Assembly: GCA_049317345.1 (NCBI GenBank)
Contig: JBMOIL010000002.1
Coordinates: forward strand, 1 to 39,223
DNA length: 39,223 nucleotides
Reading direction: 5' to 3'
DNA from: Candidatus Nanopelagicales bacterium
Lineage (GTDB): Bacteria > Actinomycetota > Actinomycetes > S36-B12
Below are positions 1 to 8,214 of the stretch, in pieces. The stretch's first letter is position 1. Each line of letters opens with the position of its first letter. Under the pieces are notes generated by a model that made no database searches, was not told the origin of the DNA, and worked only from the letters and a program-made list of their open reading frames with translations. The translations under genes and the position numbers were made by a program.

Positions 1-961
1 CGAGCTCGTCGGCATCAGCTGCCGTGCCCGCGAACCAGCGGGCGAGTCCGGCGATGGCCGCCGCGTTGCCCACAGCGTCGGTGGCCGAGACAGGCTCGGC
101 ACTGCGTACGTCGTGGCCGGCGCCACGCAGCATCGATCCCAGGCGATCAGCGGCTGCGGCCCACGCAGGATCGACGGCCACGCCCGCGACCGGTGCCCTG
201 AAGGACACGGCGACGTGGAGCCGCTCGTCGAGTGGGGCGATCTGCGCCAGTGCCGGATCACCCGCCATGACCGAGAGGAGGAGGGCGGCGTCCTCAGCGG
301 TCGTGGCCAGCGCGCCGTTCTCGCTCATGGAGTACCAGTCGGTCGCGCCCAGATGCGCGGGCACGACGCCCAGACCCGGCTTGATGCCGACGAGCCCGGT
401 GCACGCGGCGGGAATGCGCACACTGCCCATCCCGTCGTTGCCGTGGGCGATGGGCACCATGCCGGCGGCCACGGCCGCGGCCGAGCCTCCGCTGGAGCCG
501 CCCGGAGTGCGAGCGAGGTCCCAGGGATTGCGAGTGATGCCGTGGACAGAGTCGGTCGCACCGAAGACACAGAGTTCGGGCACGCGAGTCAGCCCCACGA
601 CGACGCCCCCCGCGGCGCGGATGCGCTCGACGACGGGATGGTCGGCCACCTGAGGGACTTCCCCGGTTGCCGCTGAGCCCACGCGCATCGGCTCCCCCGC
701 GACCGGCACGTTGTCCTTGATCGCGATCGGCACGCCCGCGAGCGGCAGGGTGCCACGATCCGCACGCACGTCGACCTCGGCAGCTTCGGCGAGCGCACGC
801 TCAGACCGCACGACCTGGAAGGCATCCACGTCGTCGTTGTAGGAGCGGATTCGCGCGAGGGATTCAGTGACGGCATCGACCGCGCTCCGCCGACCCGCTC
901 GCACGTCATCAGCGATCTCCGTGGCAGTCCACTCGACCGACGTGGACGCGTTCGCCGTCAT
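1..961 (-). CDS. Amidase-signature family amidase. The 3' end runs off the left edge of the window, so it is missing from the ORF track.
   Basis: Hand translation of the minus strand from ATG at 959..961 gives MTANASTSVEWTATEIADDVRAGRRSAVDAV...PLAGVPIAIKDN...GGSSGGSAAAVAAG (around 462..503)...GSVRIPAACTGLVGIKP. These are the classic amidase signature motifs. The ATG overlaps the upstream TGA (ATGA at 958..961). Confidence 0.85.
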   Translation of the reverse strand, partial: MTANASTSVEWTATEIADDVRAGRRSAVDAVTESLARIRSYNDDVDAFQVVRSERALAEAAEVDVRADRGTLPLAGVPIAIKDNVPVAGEPMRVGSAATGEVPQVADHPVVERIRAAGGVVVGLTRVPELCVFGATDSVHGITRNPWDLARTPGGSSGGSAAAVAAGMVPIAHGNDGMGSVRIPAACTGLVGIKPGLGVVPAHLGATDWYSMSENGALATTAEDAALLLSVMAGDPALAQIAPLDERLHVAVSFRAPVAGVAVDPAWAAAADRLGSMLRGAGHDVRSAEPVSATDAVGNAAAIAGLARWFAGTAADADEL

Positions 962-2112
962 CCCAGCGCCTGCTTGAGGTCGGCCACGAGGTCGTCGGCG
1001 CTCTCGATGCCGACGGAGAGCCGCACGAGGTCTGCAGGCACCTCGAGAGCGCTGCCCGCTGCCGACGCGTGCGTCATGCGCCCCGGATGCTCGATGAGTG
1101 ACTCGACTCCGCCGAGGGACTCGCCCAGGGTGAAGACTCGCGTGCGGGCACACAGGTCCACGGCCTCCTGCTCGCCGCCCGCCACTCGGAAGGACACCAT
1201 GCCGCCGAAGTCGCGCATCTGGCGCTCAGCCACCTCGTGTCCGCGATGGCCGGGCAGTCCGGGGTAGTAGACCTCGGTGACGGCCGGATGCGATGTGAGG
1301 AGATCGACGATCGCCTTCGCATTGGAGCAGTGTCGGTCCATGCGCACGCCGAGGGTCTTGATGCCGCGCAGCACCAGCCAGGAGTCCCACGGCCCGGGCA
1401 CGGAGCCCATGGCGTTCTGGTGGTAGGCAAGCCGATCGCCCAACTCGGCATCGGCGACGACGAGGCCACCACCGATGACGTCGCTGTGGCCGCCGAGGTA
1501 CTTCGTCGTGGAGTGCACGACCACATCAGCACCAAGGGCCAGGGGCTGCTGCAGATAGGGCGAGGCGAAGGTGTTGTCGACGACAAGCAGGGCACCGGCC
1601 TCGTGGGCGATGCCCGCGAGTGCGGCGATGTCGACGACTGTGAGCAGCGGATTGGTGGGCGTCTCGGCCCAGATGATGCGTGTCACGCCAGGGCGCACGG
1701 CGCGACGTACCGCATCGAGATCGGTCAGGTCGACGGGAGTGTGCTCGACACCCCACGGTTCGGCGACCTTGGCGAAGAGCCGATAGGTGCCGCCGTAGGC
1801 GTCGTTGCCGATGATCGCGTGACTACCCGGGGTCATCACGGTGCGCAGGAGTGTGTCCTCGGCGGCAAGGCCAGACGCGAAGGCGAGCCCGCGGGTCCCG
1901 CCCTCGATCGACGCCAGGCACTCCTCGAGTGCGGTGCGCGTGGGGTTGCCACTGCGGGAGTACTCGTAGCCCCCGCGGAGCCCCCCGACGCCGTCCTGCG
2001 CGTAGGTCGACACCTGGTAGACGGGAGGCACGACGGCACCCGTCTGGGGGTCGGGCTCCTGCCCGGCATGGATGGCACGCGTCTCGAACCCGGCGTCGCT
2101 CCAGGAGGTCAT
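958..2112 (-). CDS. metB: PLP-dependent cystathionine gamma-synthase/gamma-lyase (Cys/Met metabolism family)
   Basis: 384-aa ORF with RAIHAG near the N-terminus, SRSGNPTR, and the PLP-lysine motif HSTTKYLGGHSD. ATG at 2110..2112 is preceded by GGAGG. A cbs gene lies nearby. Confidence 0.9.
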   Translation of the reverse strand: MTSWSDAGFETRAIHAGQEPDPQTGAVVPPVYQVSTYAQDGVGGLRGGYEYSRSGNPTRTALEECLASIEGGTRGLAFASGLAAEDTLLRTVMTPGSHAIIGNDAYGGTYRLFAKVAEPWGVEHTPVDLTDLDAVRRAVRPGVTRIIWAETPTNPLLTVVDIAALAGIAHEAGALLVVDNTFASPYLQQPLALGADVVVHSTTKYLGGHSDVIGGGLVVADAELGDRLAYHQNAMGSVPGPWDSWLVLRGIKTLGVRMDRHCSNAKAIVDLLTSHPAVTEVYYPGLPGHRGHEVAERQMRDFGGMVSFRVAGGEQEAVDLCARTRVFTLGESLGGVESLIEHPGRMTHASAAGSALEVPADLVRLSVGIESADDLVADLKQALG

Positions 2113-2175
2113 GGAGCGAGCCTACGAGGCGATCCACCGGTCGTGCACACCGCCGCTGGGAGGCATACTCACCCC

Positions 2176-2841
2176 ATGGCCTTCCTCTTCTCCTCCGCCA
2201 AGTCCTCAATGGTGACGCCTGACGCCGCCCTGCCCGGCCGCGACCACTACCCCTTCGAGATCCCCGCGGATCACGCCGTGCTCGGCACCCCCATCCGCGA
2301 TCTCGAGGTGGAGCCCTGGCCCGCCGACGTAGAGCACATCTACCTCGGCATGGGCTGCTTCTGGGGCGCGGAGGAGATCTACTGGCGCCTTCCCGGCGTC
2401 TTCACCACCGCTGTCGGCTACCAGGGTGGCTACACCCCGCATCCGACGTACGAGGAGGCGTGCACCGGGCGCACCGGTCACACCGAAGCCGTGATGGTCG
2501 CCTACCGCCCCGATCAGATCTCGACGTACGACGTGCTCAAGCACTTCTGGGAGAGCCACGATCCGACGCAGGGATATCGCCAGGGCAACGACACGGGCAC
2601 GCAGTACCGCAGTGCGATCTACTACACGACCGATGAGCAGCGCGACCTCATTGAGCGCACGGCTGCGGCGTACGCCGGAGTGATCGCCCAGCGCGGCTAC
2701 GGCGACATTACGACGCAGGTGGCCCCAGCAGAGGGCCTGCCCTTCTACTACGCCGAGGGCTACCACCAGCAGTACCTCTACAAGGTGCCCAACGGCTACC
2801 GCTGCCACGCCAACACCGGCCTCGCGCTCCCGGCGCTGTAG
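2176..2841 (+). CDS. msrA: Peptide-methionine (S)-S-oxide reductase MsrA
   Basis: C-terminal part of track ORF 1237..2841 from the internal ATG at 2176. It contains GMGCFWGAE, GHTEAV and YHQQYL motifs. The upstream part of the track ORF is a shadow of metB. Confidence 0.92.
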   Translation: MAFLFSSAKSSMVTPDAALPGRDHYPFEIPADHAVLGTPIRDLEVEPWPADVEHIYLGMGCFWGAEEIYWRLPGVFTTAVGYQGGYTPHPTYEEACTGRTGHTEAVMVAYRPDQISTYDVLKHFWESHDPTQGYRQGNDTGTQYRSAIYYTTDEQRDLIERTAAAYAGVIAQRGYGDITTQVAPAEGLPFYYAEGYHQQYLYKVPNGYRCHANTGLALPAL

Positions 2842-3186
2842 ATGCCGCAGTACATCATCTACTTCCACCAGCAGTGGGTGGGCGATCACCCGGAGGAGTG
2901 GTACGCCAGCCGAGCTCCACTCGCGGACGCCGTCGTGGACGAGATGCGGGAGGCCGGCGTCCTCGTCACGGCTGCCGGGGTCGACGAGGACCTCGCGCGG
3001 GCCGCTCACGCCGATGACACGAGCGGGGGGCTGGTCATCGCAGACGGCCCCTATCGCACCGGTGTCGAGTACATCGGCGGCCTGACGATCATCGACGTCG
3101 CCGACGATTCCGAAGCCCGTATGTGGGCGGGCAAGGTGGCGGTTGCCTGCGGCTGGCCGCAGGAGGTACGCCGCCTGTACTTCTAG
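2842..3186 (+). CDS. YCII-related domain protein
   Basis: 114-aa ORF starting directly after the msrA stop (TAG then ATG). Its size and the DGPY...GG..II pattern fit the YciI/YCII family. Confidence 0.7.
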   Translation: MPQYIIYFHQQWVGDHPEEWYASRAPLADAVVDEMREAGVLVTAAGVDEDLARAAHADDTSGGLVIADGPYRTGVEYIGGLTIIDVADDSEARMWAGKVAVACGWPQEVRRLYF

Positions 3187-3599
3187 GGTCGGTCGGCGGC
3201 GAAGGGGTTGACGATGCGGACGCCCTCGATGACCTGGCCGTGGCTGAGATCCTCAGTAAGGAGCGTGTCGCACCCCGCCCGCGATGCCGCGACGACGATA
3301 AGTGCATCCCAGTGCGAGATGTTGCTGTCCACGGAGAGGCGCAGTCCATCGGACACCAAGCGCTCGTCCGTGGGAACGACTTCGAGATCCATGAGGGCGT
3401 CCACCGCCTGGTATGCAGTCTCCTGAGGGAGGCCGAGCTTGCGGGTGAGGACTGCGTAGAGCTCAAGCAGGACCTGCGTGCTGATGACCACACCGCCGAG
3501 ATCATTCAGGACCCGGCGAGCGATCTCGCGCTTGGCGGGAGAATCGCCGTCGTAGGCGTAGGCCAGGACGTTGGTGTCGATGAAGGTCAGCGAGGCCAA
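3183..3599 (-). CDS. vapC: PIN-domain ribonuclease toxin VapC (type II TA)
   Basis: 138 aa, beginning FIDTNVL. Acidic residues sit at the expected PIN positions (D8, E in LLELY, D in WDALIV, ED in LLTEDL). It overlaps the upstream antitoxin gene by 13 nt. Confidence 0.88.
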   Translation of the reverse strand: MASLTFIDTNVLAYAYDGDSPAKREIARRVLNDLGGVVISTQVLLELYAVLTRKLGLPQETAYQAVDALMDLEVVPTDERLVSDGLRLSVDSNISHWDALIVVAASRAGCDTLLTEDLSHGQVIEGVRIVNPFAADRP

Positions 3600-3844
3600 C
3601 GGGTGCGCTCTTCGTAAAGATCATCGCGCCGCAGGCGCTGCCCGCCCGATGCGCCGGGATGGGCCTGCGCATGATCCATCGCCCTGCGCAGCACGGAGCG
3701 GTCGCGGTCGGTGCGATCGCGGTCATCGACATACCGGGCGAGGTAGTCGCGCAGGACCGCGTTGACCGACGACCCCTCCTCCAGCGCCCGGATCCGGGCC
3801 CGCCGGAGCACCTCGTCATCCACGGTGATGGTGAGGTTGGTCAT
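3587..3844 (-). CDS. vapB: VapB-type antitoxin with a ribbon-helix-helix-like N-terminus
   Basis: 85 aa starting MTNLTITVDDEVLRRARIRALEEGSSVNAVLRDYLARY, immediately upstream of and overlapping the PIN gene. Confidence 0.8.
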   Translation of the reverse strand: MTNLTITVDDEVLRRARIRALEEGSSVNAVLRDYLARYVDDRDRTDRDRSVLRRAMDHAQAHPGASGGQRLRRDDLYEERTRWPR

Positions 3845-3850
3845 GGGGCG

Positions 3851-3889
3851 AGGATAACACGGGATCCGTGCTACACGGAACCCGTGTAG
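3851..3889 (-). promoter_or_regulatory. Candidate vapBC promoter/operator: two adjacent inverted repeats plus a -10-like hexamer
   Basis: IR1 is CACGG-gat-CCGTG (3858..3870). IR2 is CTACACGG-aac-CCGTGTAG (3871..3889, 8-bp perfect arms). On the minus strand TATCCT (3851..3856) lies 6 nt before the vapB ATG with no Shine-Dalgarno, which suggests a leaderless transcript. Confidence 0.45.
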
Positions 3890-3891
3890 TT

Positions 3892-5256
3892 TCAGCCCGC
3901 GAGGTAGCCGAGCAGGTCCTGCCGCGAGAGCACGCCCACAGGCTTGCCGTCGTCGAGCACGAGGATCGCGTCGGAGGACTCCATCGCGGTGACCGCGGCA
4001 GACACGGGCTCGCCCGCTCCCACCTGCGGCAGCTTCGGCGACATGTGCTGGTCGAGGGTGTCGGCGAGCGCGGCCCTACCGGTGAAGAGCGCGTCGAGCA
4101 GATCGCGCTCGACAACAGAGCCGACGACCTCAGCAGCCATGATGGGCGGCTCGGCGCGCACGACGGGCATTTGGGAGACACCGAACTCGCGCAGGGTGTC
4201 GATCGCCTCGCGAATCGACTCGGTGGGGTGCGCGTGGACGAAGGGGGGCAGGTCTCCGGACTTGCCGCGCAGCACGTCGCCCACCGTGCGGTCGTCCGCC
4301 GCGGGGCCGAAGCCGTACGACGCCAGCCAGTCATCGTTGAAGACCTTGGACAGGTAGCCGCGACCGCTGTCGGGCAGCAGGACCACGACCATGTCGTCGG
4401 CACTTGCCCGGCGCGCAACGTCGAGCGCGGCCACGACCGCCATCCCGCAGGAGCCACCCACGAGCAGGCCTTCCTCGCGCGCCATGCGGCGCGTCATCTC
4501 GAAGGAGTCGCGGTCGCTCACCGCGATGACCTCGTCGGGGACGGCGGCGTCGTACGTCGTCGGCCAGAAGTCTTCGCCGACTCCCTCGACGAGGTAGGGG
4601 CGACCCGTGCCGCCGGAATAGACCGAGCCTTCCGGGTCGGCGGCGATGATGCGCACGCGACCGTCGCTGACCTCCTTGAGGTACCTGCCGACACCGCTGA
4701 TGGTGCCGCCCGTGCCTGCGCCCGCGACGAAGTGGGTGACGCGGCCGTCAGTCTGCTCCCAGATCTCGGGGCCGGTCGTCTCGTAGTGCGAGCGCGGGTT
4801 GTTGGGGTTGGAGTACTGGTCGGGCTTCCATGCACCGGGGATCTCGCGCGCGAGGCGGTCGCTCACGCTGTAGTAAGAGCGCGGGTCTTCGGGCTCGACG
4901 GCAGTGGGGCACTCGACGACCTCGGCGCCGTAGGCACGCAGGACATCCTGCTTGTCCTTGGACACCTTGTCGGGGCAGACGAAGACGCACTTGTAGCCGC
5001 GCTGCTGCGCCACGATCGCCAGCCCCACGCCGGTGTTGCCGCTCGTGGGCTCGACGATGGTGCCGCCGGGGCCGATGAGACCGTCGCGCTCAGCCGCCTC
5101 GATCATGCGGGTGGCGATGCGGTCCTTCACCGAGCCACCCGGGTTGAGGTATTCGACCTTGGCGTAGACCGGACATGCGATATCCGCCGCGACCCGGTTC
5201 AGCCTCACGAGAGGGGTATTGCCGATGAGCTCAACCACGGACTCCACGACGCGCAT
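3892..5256 (-). CDS. cbs: Cystathionine beta-synthase (PLP domain plus tandem CBS domains)
   Basis: Internal ATG at 5254..5256 of track ORF 3892..5931 gives MRVVESVVELIGNTPLVRL...NPGGSVKDRIA...TSGNTG, followed by a C-terminal CBS pair. The extra 225 N-terminal codons in the track ORF are a shadow of the MBL gene. Confidence 0.92.
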   Translation of the reverse strand: MRVVESVVELIGNTPLVRLNRVAADIACPVYAKVEYLNPGGSVKDRIATRMIEAAERDGLIGPGGTIVEPTSGNTGVGLAIVAQQRGYKCVFVCPDKVSKDKQDVLRAYGAEVVECPTAVEPEDPRSYYSVSDRLAREIPGAWKPDQYSNPNNPRSHYETTGPEIWEQTDGRVTHFVAGAGTGGTISGVGRYLKEVSDGRVRIIAADPEGSVYSGGTGRPYLVEGVGEDFWPTTYDAAVPDEVIAVSDRDSFEMTRRMAREEGLLVGGSCGMAVVAALDVARRASADDMVVVLLPDSGRGYLSKVFNDDWLASYGFGPAADDRTVGDVLRGKSGDLPPFVHAHPTESIREAIDTLREFGVSQMPVVRAEPPIMAAEVVGSVVERDLLDALFTGRAALADTLDQHMSPKLPQVGAGEPVSAAVTAMESSDAILVLDDGKPVGVLSRQDLLGYLAG

Positions 5257-5280
5257 GGCAGCGCAGCCTACGCTGTCCCT

Positions 5281-6006
5281 GTGAGCCGGCCACCCGCCAT
5301 CGCCCTCGCCGAGGGGGTCTACCGCATCCCAACGCTGGGCGACTTCATCAATTCCTTCGCGTTTGTGAACGCCGACGGATCGGTGACCCTGGTGGACTGC
5401 GGAGTGAAGCGCGCACCGAAGAAGATCGTCGAAGGGCTGGCCGCCATCGACAAGCACCCCTCCGATGTGCAGGAGATCATCCTCACCCACGCGCACAGCG
5501 ACCACGCCGGCGGCGCGGCCGAGATGGTGGCACAAACGAGCGCCGATGGCGTGACAGTTCACGAGCAGGAGGCCGCTTACATCATCTCCGGTGATGCGCC
5601 CCCACGCGATGGCGCTACGACGCTCGGGGCGGTCTTCGCGCGTATGCCCGGTGGGGGCTTTGCTCCCACGCCTGTCGCACGCGAGCTGAAGGATGGCGAC
5701 GTCCTGGCGACAGGCGGGGGGCTGCGCATCATGCACACGCCCGGCCACACGCCCGGCCACATCTCCCTCCTCCATCGGCCGACCGGCGTCCTCATCACGG
5801 GCGACGCCATCTGGAACATGCGCTCGAAGATGACGTGGCCGGTTGCGGCCTTCTGCACGTCCTTCCGCCAAAACGTCGAGACTGCCCACGCACTCGGCGA
5901 GATCGAGTACGCCGTCGCGGCGTTCACCCACGGCCCGGAGATCCGCGACGACGCACGTGAGCAGGTGCGCGGCTTCCTGCGGCGGGCGTCCCGGAAGTCT
6001 GCATGA
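5281..6006 (+). CDS. MBL-fold metallo-hydrolase
   Basis: The C-terminal 241 codons of track ORF 3868..6006, from GTG at 5281, contain THAHSDHAGG (the HxHxDH motif) and HTPGHTPGH. The start is the first in-frame start codon after the divergent cbs gene. Confidence 0.85.
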   Translation: MSRPPAIALAEGVYRIPTLGDFINSFAFVNADGSVTLVDCGVKRAPKKIVEGLAAIDKHPSDVQEIILTHAHSDHAGGAAEMVAQTSADGVTVHEQEAAYIISGDAPPRDGATTLGAVFARMPGGGFAPTPVARELKDGDVLATGGGLRIMHTPGHTPGHISLLHRPTGVLITGDAIWNMRSKMTWPVAAFCTSFRQNVETAHALGEIEYAVAAFTHGPEIRDDAREQVRGFLRRASRKSA

Positions 6007-6815
6007 GGCCAGGACCTATCGCCCGCTCTGCAGCCGCGCTCGGTGCCACCGCCGTCGCTGCCGCCGGACTGCTCACGGCACAGGCCTTCGAGGCCCGGCG
6101 CCGAATCGGTCGGCGCACAACGACCGCTCCCTACGCGGACGGCCGGTATGGGAGTGGACCCGGCACCTCGATTCGCCTCGCCATCCTCGGCGACTCCGGC
6201 GCCGCCGGCCTGGGAGCGGAGCACCCCGAGGACACGATTGGCGCCATCCTCGCGACAGGGCTCGCCCAGGTGTCGGGTCGCACCGTGACCTTGAGCAACC
6301 ATGCCGTCATCGGTGCCCAGACATCAGACCTCGATCGCCAGGTGGACCGGGCGCTGTGGACCAAGCCCCATGTCGCCGTGATCATGATCGGCGCCAACGA
6401 CATCACCCACGTGGTGCCGCGTTCACTCTCGGCGCGCCGACTCAGGCGGGCTATAGCGCGGCTTCGCGAGTCAGGCACCGATGTCGTCATGGCGACCTGC
6501 CCGGACCTGGGCACCGTCAAGCCCGTGCCGCAGCCGCTGCGCTCCGTGATGCGGCGGGCATCGCGTCGCCTGGCCGCCTCGCAAGCCGAGGCGACGTTGG
6601 CTGCGGGAGGGCGCCCCGTGTCCTTGGCGTCGAGACTGGGATCGGGTTTCGACGATGACCCCGACGTCATGTTTTCCGCCGACCGCTTCCACCCGTCGAC
6701 CGATGGGTACTCCGCACTTGCCCAGGCACTGCTCCCCGAGGTCATCGCGGCGTGGAGCCTGGGCAGCGAGGGCGAGATCCTCCCGGCACTTGCCGAGCCC
6801 GCGGACCAGCCCTAG
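6003..6815 (+). CDS. SGNH/GDSL hydrolase-type lipase/esterase with an N-terminal hydrophobic signal or anchor
   Basis: 270 aa with block I ILGDSGAAG, GANDI, and DRFHPS (the DxxH catalytic block). There is an ATGA overlap with the MBL stop. Confidence 0.85.
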   Translation: MRPGPIARSAAALGATAVAAAGLLTAQAFEARRRIGRRTTTAPYADGRYGSGPGTSIRLAILGDSGAAGLGAEHPEDTIGAILATGLAQVSGRTVTLSNHAVIGAQTSDLDRQVDRALWTKPHVAVIMIGANDITHVVPRSLSARRLRRAIARLRESGTDVVMATCPDLGTVKPVPQPLRSVMRRASRRLAASQAEATLAAGGRPVSLASRLGSGFDDDPDVMFSADRFHPSTDGYSALAQALLPEVIAAWSLGSEGEILPALAEPADQP

Positions 6816-6833
6816 GTCACGGCGCAGGCGCTG

Positions 6834-7190
6834 TCACAGCGTCAGGCGCACGTCGCGCAGGTCCGCGGTCACCGCCGAGAGATCGTCTTGGCTCAGCACA
6901 AGGGACAGGACATCTCGGCCGGTCACGGCCACCTGGTCCCCCACTGCCGCGTCCCCGTCATCAGGAACGGATCGATGGGGAGATCCGCTGACGTCAGCTG
7001 CCCGGTCGGCGAGGCGCTGTGCGAGTGCGCGTGCACCCACTGCCCGACTCGGGTAGTCGCCCCAGGGAGCGGCAAGCCGGGTCAGCGGCATGGAGCGCAG
7101 GCGATCGACGACGCGGCCAAGCTCGACGCGCGCTTCGTCCGCAGTGGCCACGCCCGAGCGACTACTCGCGGCCGGCAGCGATAAGGGCAA
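6834..7190 (-). CDS. Hypothetical protein, family not recognised. The true start is probably GTG at 7151.
   Basis: The 118-aa ORF has high third-position GC. The longest form overlaps the upstream gene by 29 nt and contains a rare TTA codon at 7182..7184. GTG at 7149..7151 lies 10 nt after the upstream stop. Confidence 0.5.
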   Translation of the reverse strand: MPLSLPAASSRSGVATADEARVELGRVVDRLRSMPLTRLAAPWGDYPSRAVGARALAQRLADRAADVSGSPHRSVPDDGDAAVGDQVAVTGRDVLSLVLSQDDLSAVTADLRDVRLTL

Positions 7191-8058
7191 AGAGGCGCAG
7201 GAACTCGAGGTAGAGCCAGACCAGCGTCACGAGAAGGCCGAAGGACATGCGCCACGACTCGCGCTCAGGCAGGCCCATCGCGACACCCTGCTTGATGGCC
7301 TCGAAGTCGAGCATGAGGCTGAATGCCGCCAGTCCGACGCCGAAGATGCACAGGAGCAGGCCGAGCGTGCCGACGCCGTAGAAGCCCCAGCCTCCACCGA
7401 CACCGAACATCGCCGCGACGAGGGATGCGATGCCGATGAACATGTACGACACCATCGCGACGAGCATGAACTTCATGAACTTGTTCGTGACCTTGACGAT
7501 GCCGGTGCCGAAGAGCAGGAGCATGACGCCGAAGGTGGTGAAGGTGGCGAGCACCGCCTGGAGGACGAGGCCCTCATAGTCGGATGCGAGCGCAATCTGG
7601 TTGTACCAGTAGCTGACTGCTCCGAGCATGATGCCGGAGACCGCGGCGTAGAGGATTGTCAGCGGCGGGCTCACCTTGCGCTTCATGGCATTGACAAGGC
7701 CGAGCCCGATCGTGGCGATCATCGCGCCGAGGACGAGGAGCGTCCCCACACCGGGCATGGCCTCGGTGATCATCCAGCCCGCGAAGGCCATGACGACGGC
7801 GATCGCGAACATGATCGCGCACTTGACCATGACGTCGGCGTAGGTGACGCGCTGGTCGACCGGCGCGGGGATCTGAACGCCGGAGTAGATGCCGGCGTCG
7901 TCCGCCATGGGGGTGGGAGAAGGGGCGGGTGCGGGGGCACCCACCTGGGCCGAGGCGACCGCGCTGCGGCCCTCCTCGTAGGCGAACCCGGCCCCTGAGC
8001 GGCTGGCCTGGGCGGCGTCGCGATCGATTCGGGCGAGGACGGGGTTGGCCGTCTGCAT
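7162..8058 (-). CDS. Bax inhibitor-1/YccA family membrane protein
   Basis: Internal ATG at 8056..8058 is preceded by GGAGGAG and gives MQTANPVLARIDRD... An Ala/Pro-rich linker is followed by about 7 hydrophobic helices and a C-terminal LYLEFLRLF. The longer track ORF (to 8229) runs into the tRNA gene. Confidence 0.85.
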   Translation of the reverse strand: MQTANPVLARIDRDAAQASRSGAGFAYEEGRSAVASAQVGAPAPAPSPTPMADDAGIYSGVQIPAPVDQRVTYADVMVKCAIMFAIAVVMAFAGWMITEAMPGVGTLLVLGAMIATIGLGLVNAMKRKVSPPLTILYAAVSGIMLGAVSYWYNQIALASDYEGLVLQAVLATFTTFGVMLLLFGTGIVKVTNKFMKFMLVAMVSYMFIGIASLVAAMFGVGGGWGFYGVGTLGLLLCIFGVGLAAFSLMLDFEAIKQGVAMGLPERESWRMSFGLLVTLVWLYLEFLRLFALIAAGRE

Positions 8059-8075
8059 GCTGCTCCTCCTGCGGT

Positions 8076-8120
8076 GGCGGGGCAGATTTACCCGCCCCGT
8101 GGAGCGGGCCCTCGCCCGCT
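8076..8120. other. Two adjacent GC-rich stem-loops in the udg-downstream / BI-1 5' leader region
   Basis: GGCGGG (8076..8081) pairs with CCCGCC (8091..8096) around a 9-nt loop. AGCGGGC (8103..8109) pairs with GCCCGCT (8114..8120) around a 4-nt loop. There is no U-tract. Confidence 0.35.
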
Positions 8121-8214
8121 TCCTATCCACGTTAACCGATTCGGGGCCGGAAGCAATCCCCACGGGACGGACATTCACGGTCGGGGGCCCGGTCAGGCCA
8201 CCTAGGCTAGGCGC

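Noticed and set aside
1237-2175. Many long ORFs lie antisense to or out of frame with the called genes. Examples: 24..653, 1237..2175 (the upstream part of the msrA track ORF), 3868..5280, 7090..7998, 8958..10094, 14059..15396, 17429..19156, 23731..25428, 25419..26237, 29584..30867, 32156..33283, 35101..36261, 36347..37585, 37449..38567.
   Set aside because: High-GC genomes generate long stop-free shadow frames. These translate to Arg/Pro/Gly/Ala-rich sequences with no recognisable motifs. Each one overlaps a gene whose product has clear family signatures.
2113-2175. Riboswitches or leaders for sulfur, methionine, molybdenum-cofactor or fluoride genes: SAM upstream of metB/cbs, Moco upstream of moeA/moaC, and the crcB motif.
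   Set aside because: The relevant upstream gaps are too short (63, 24 and 0 to 25 nt). The region upstream of crcB lies outside the window. No conserved riboswitch cores were recognisable by eye.
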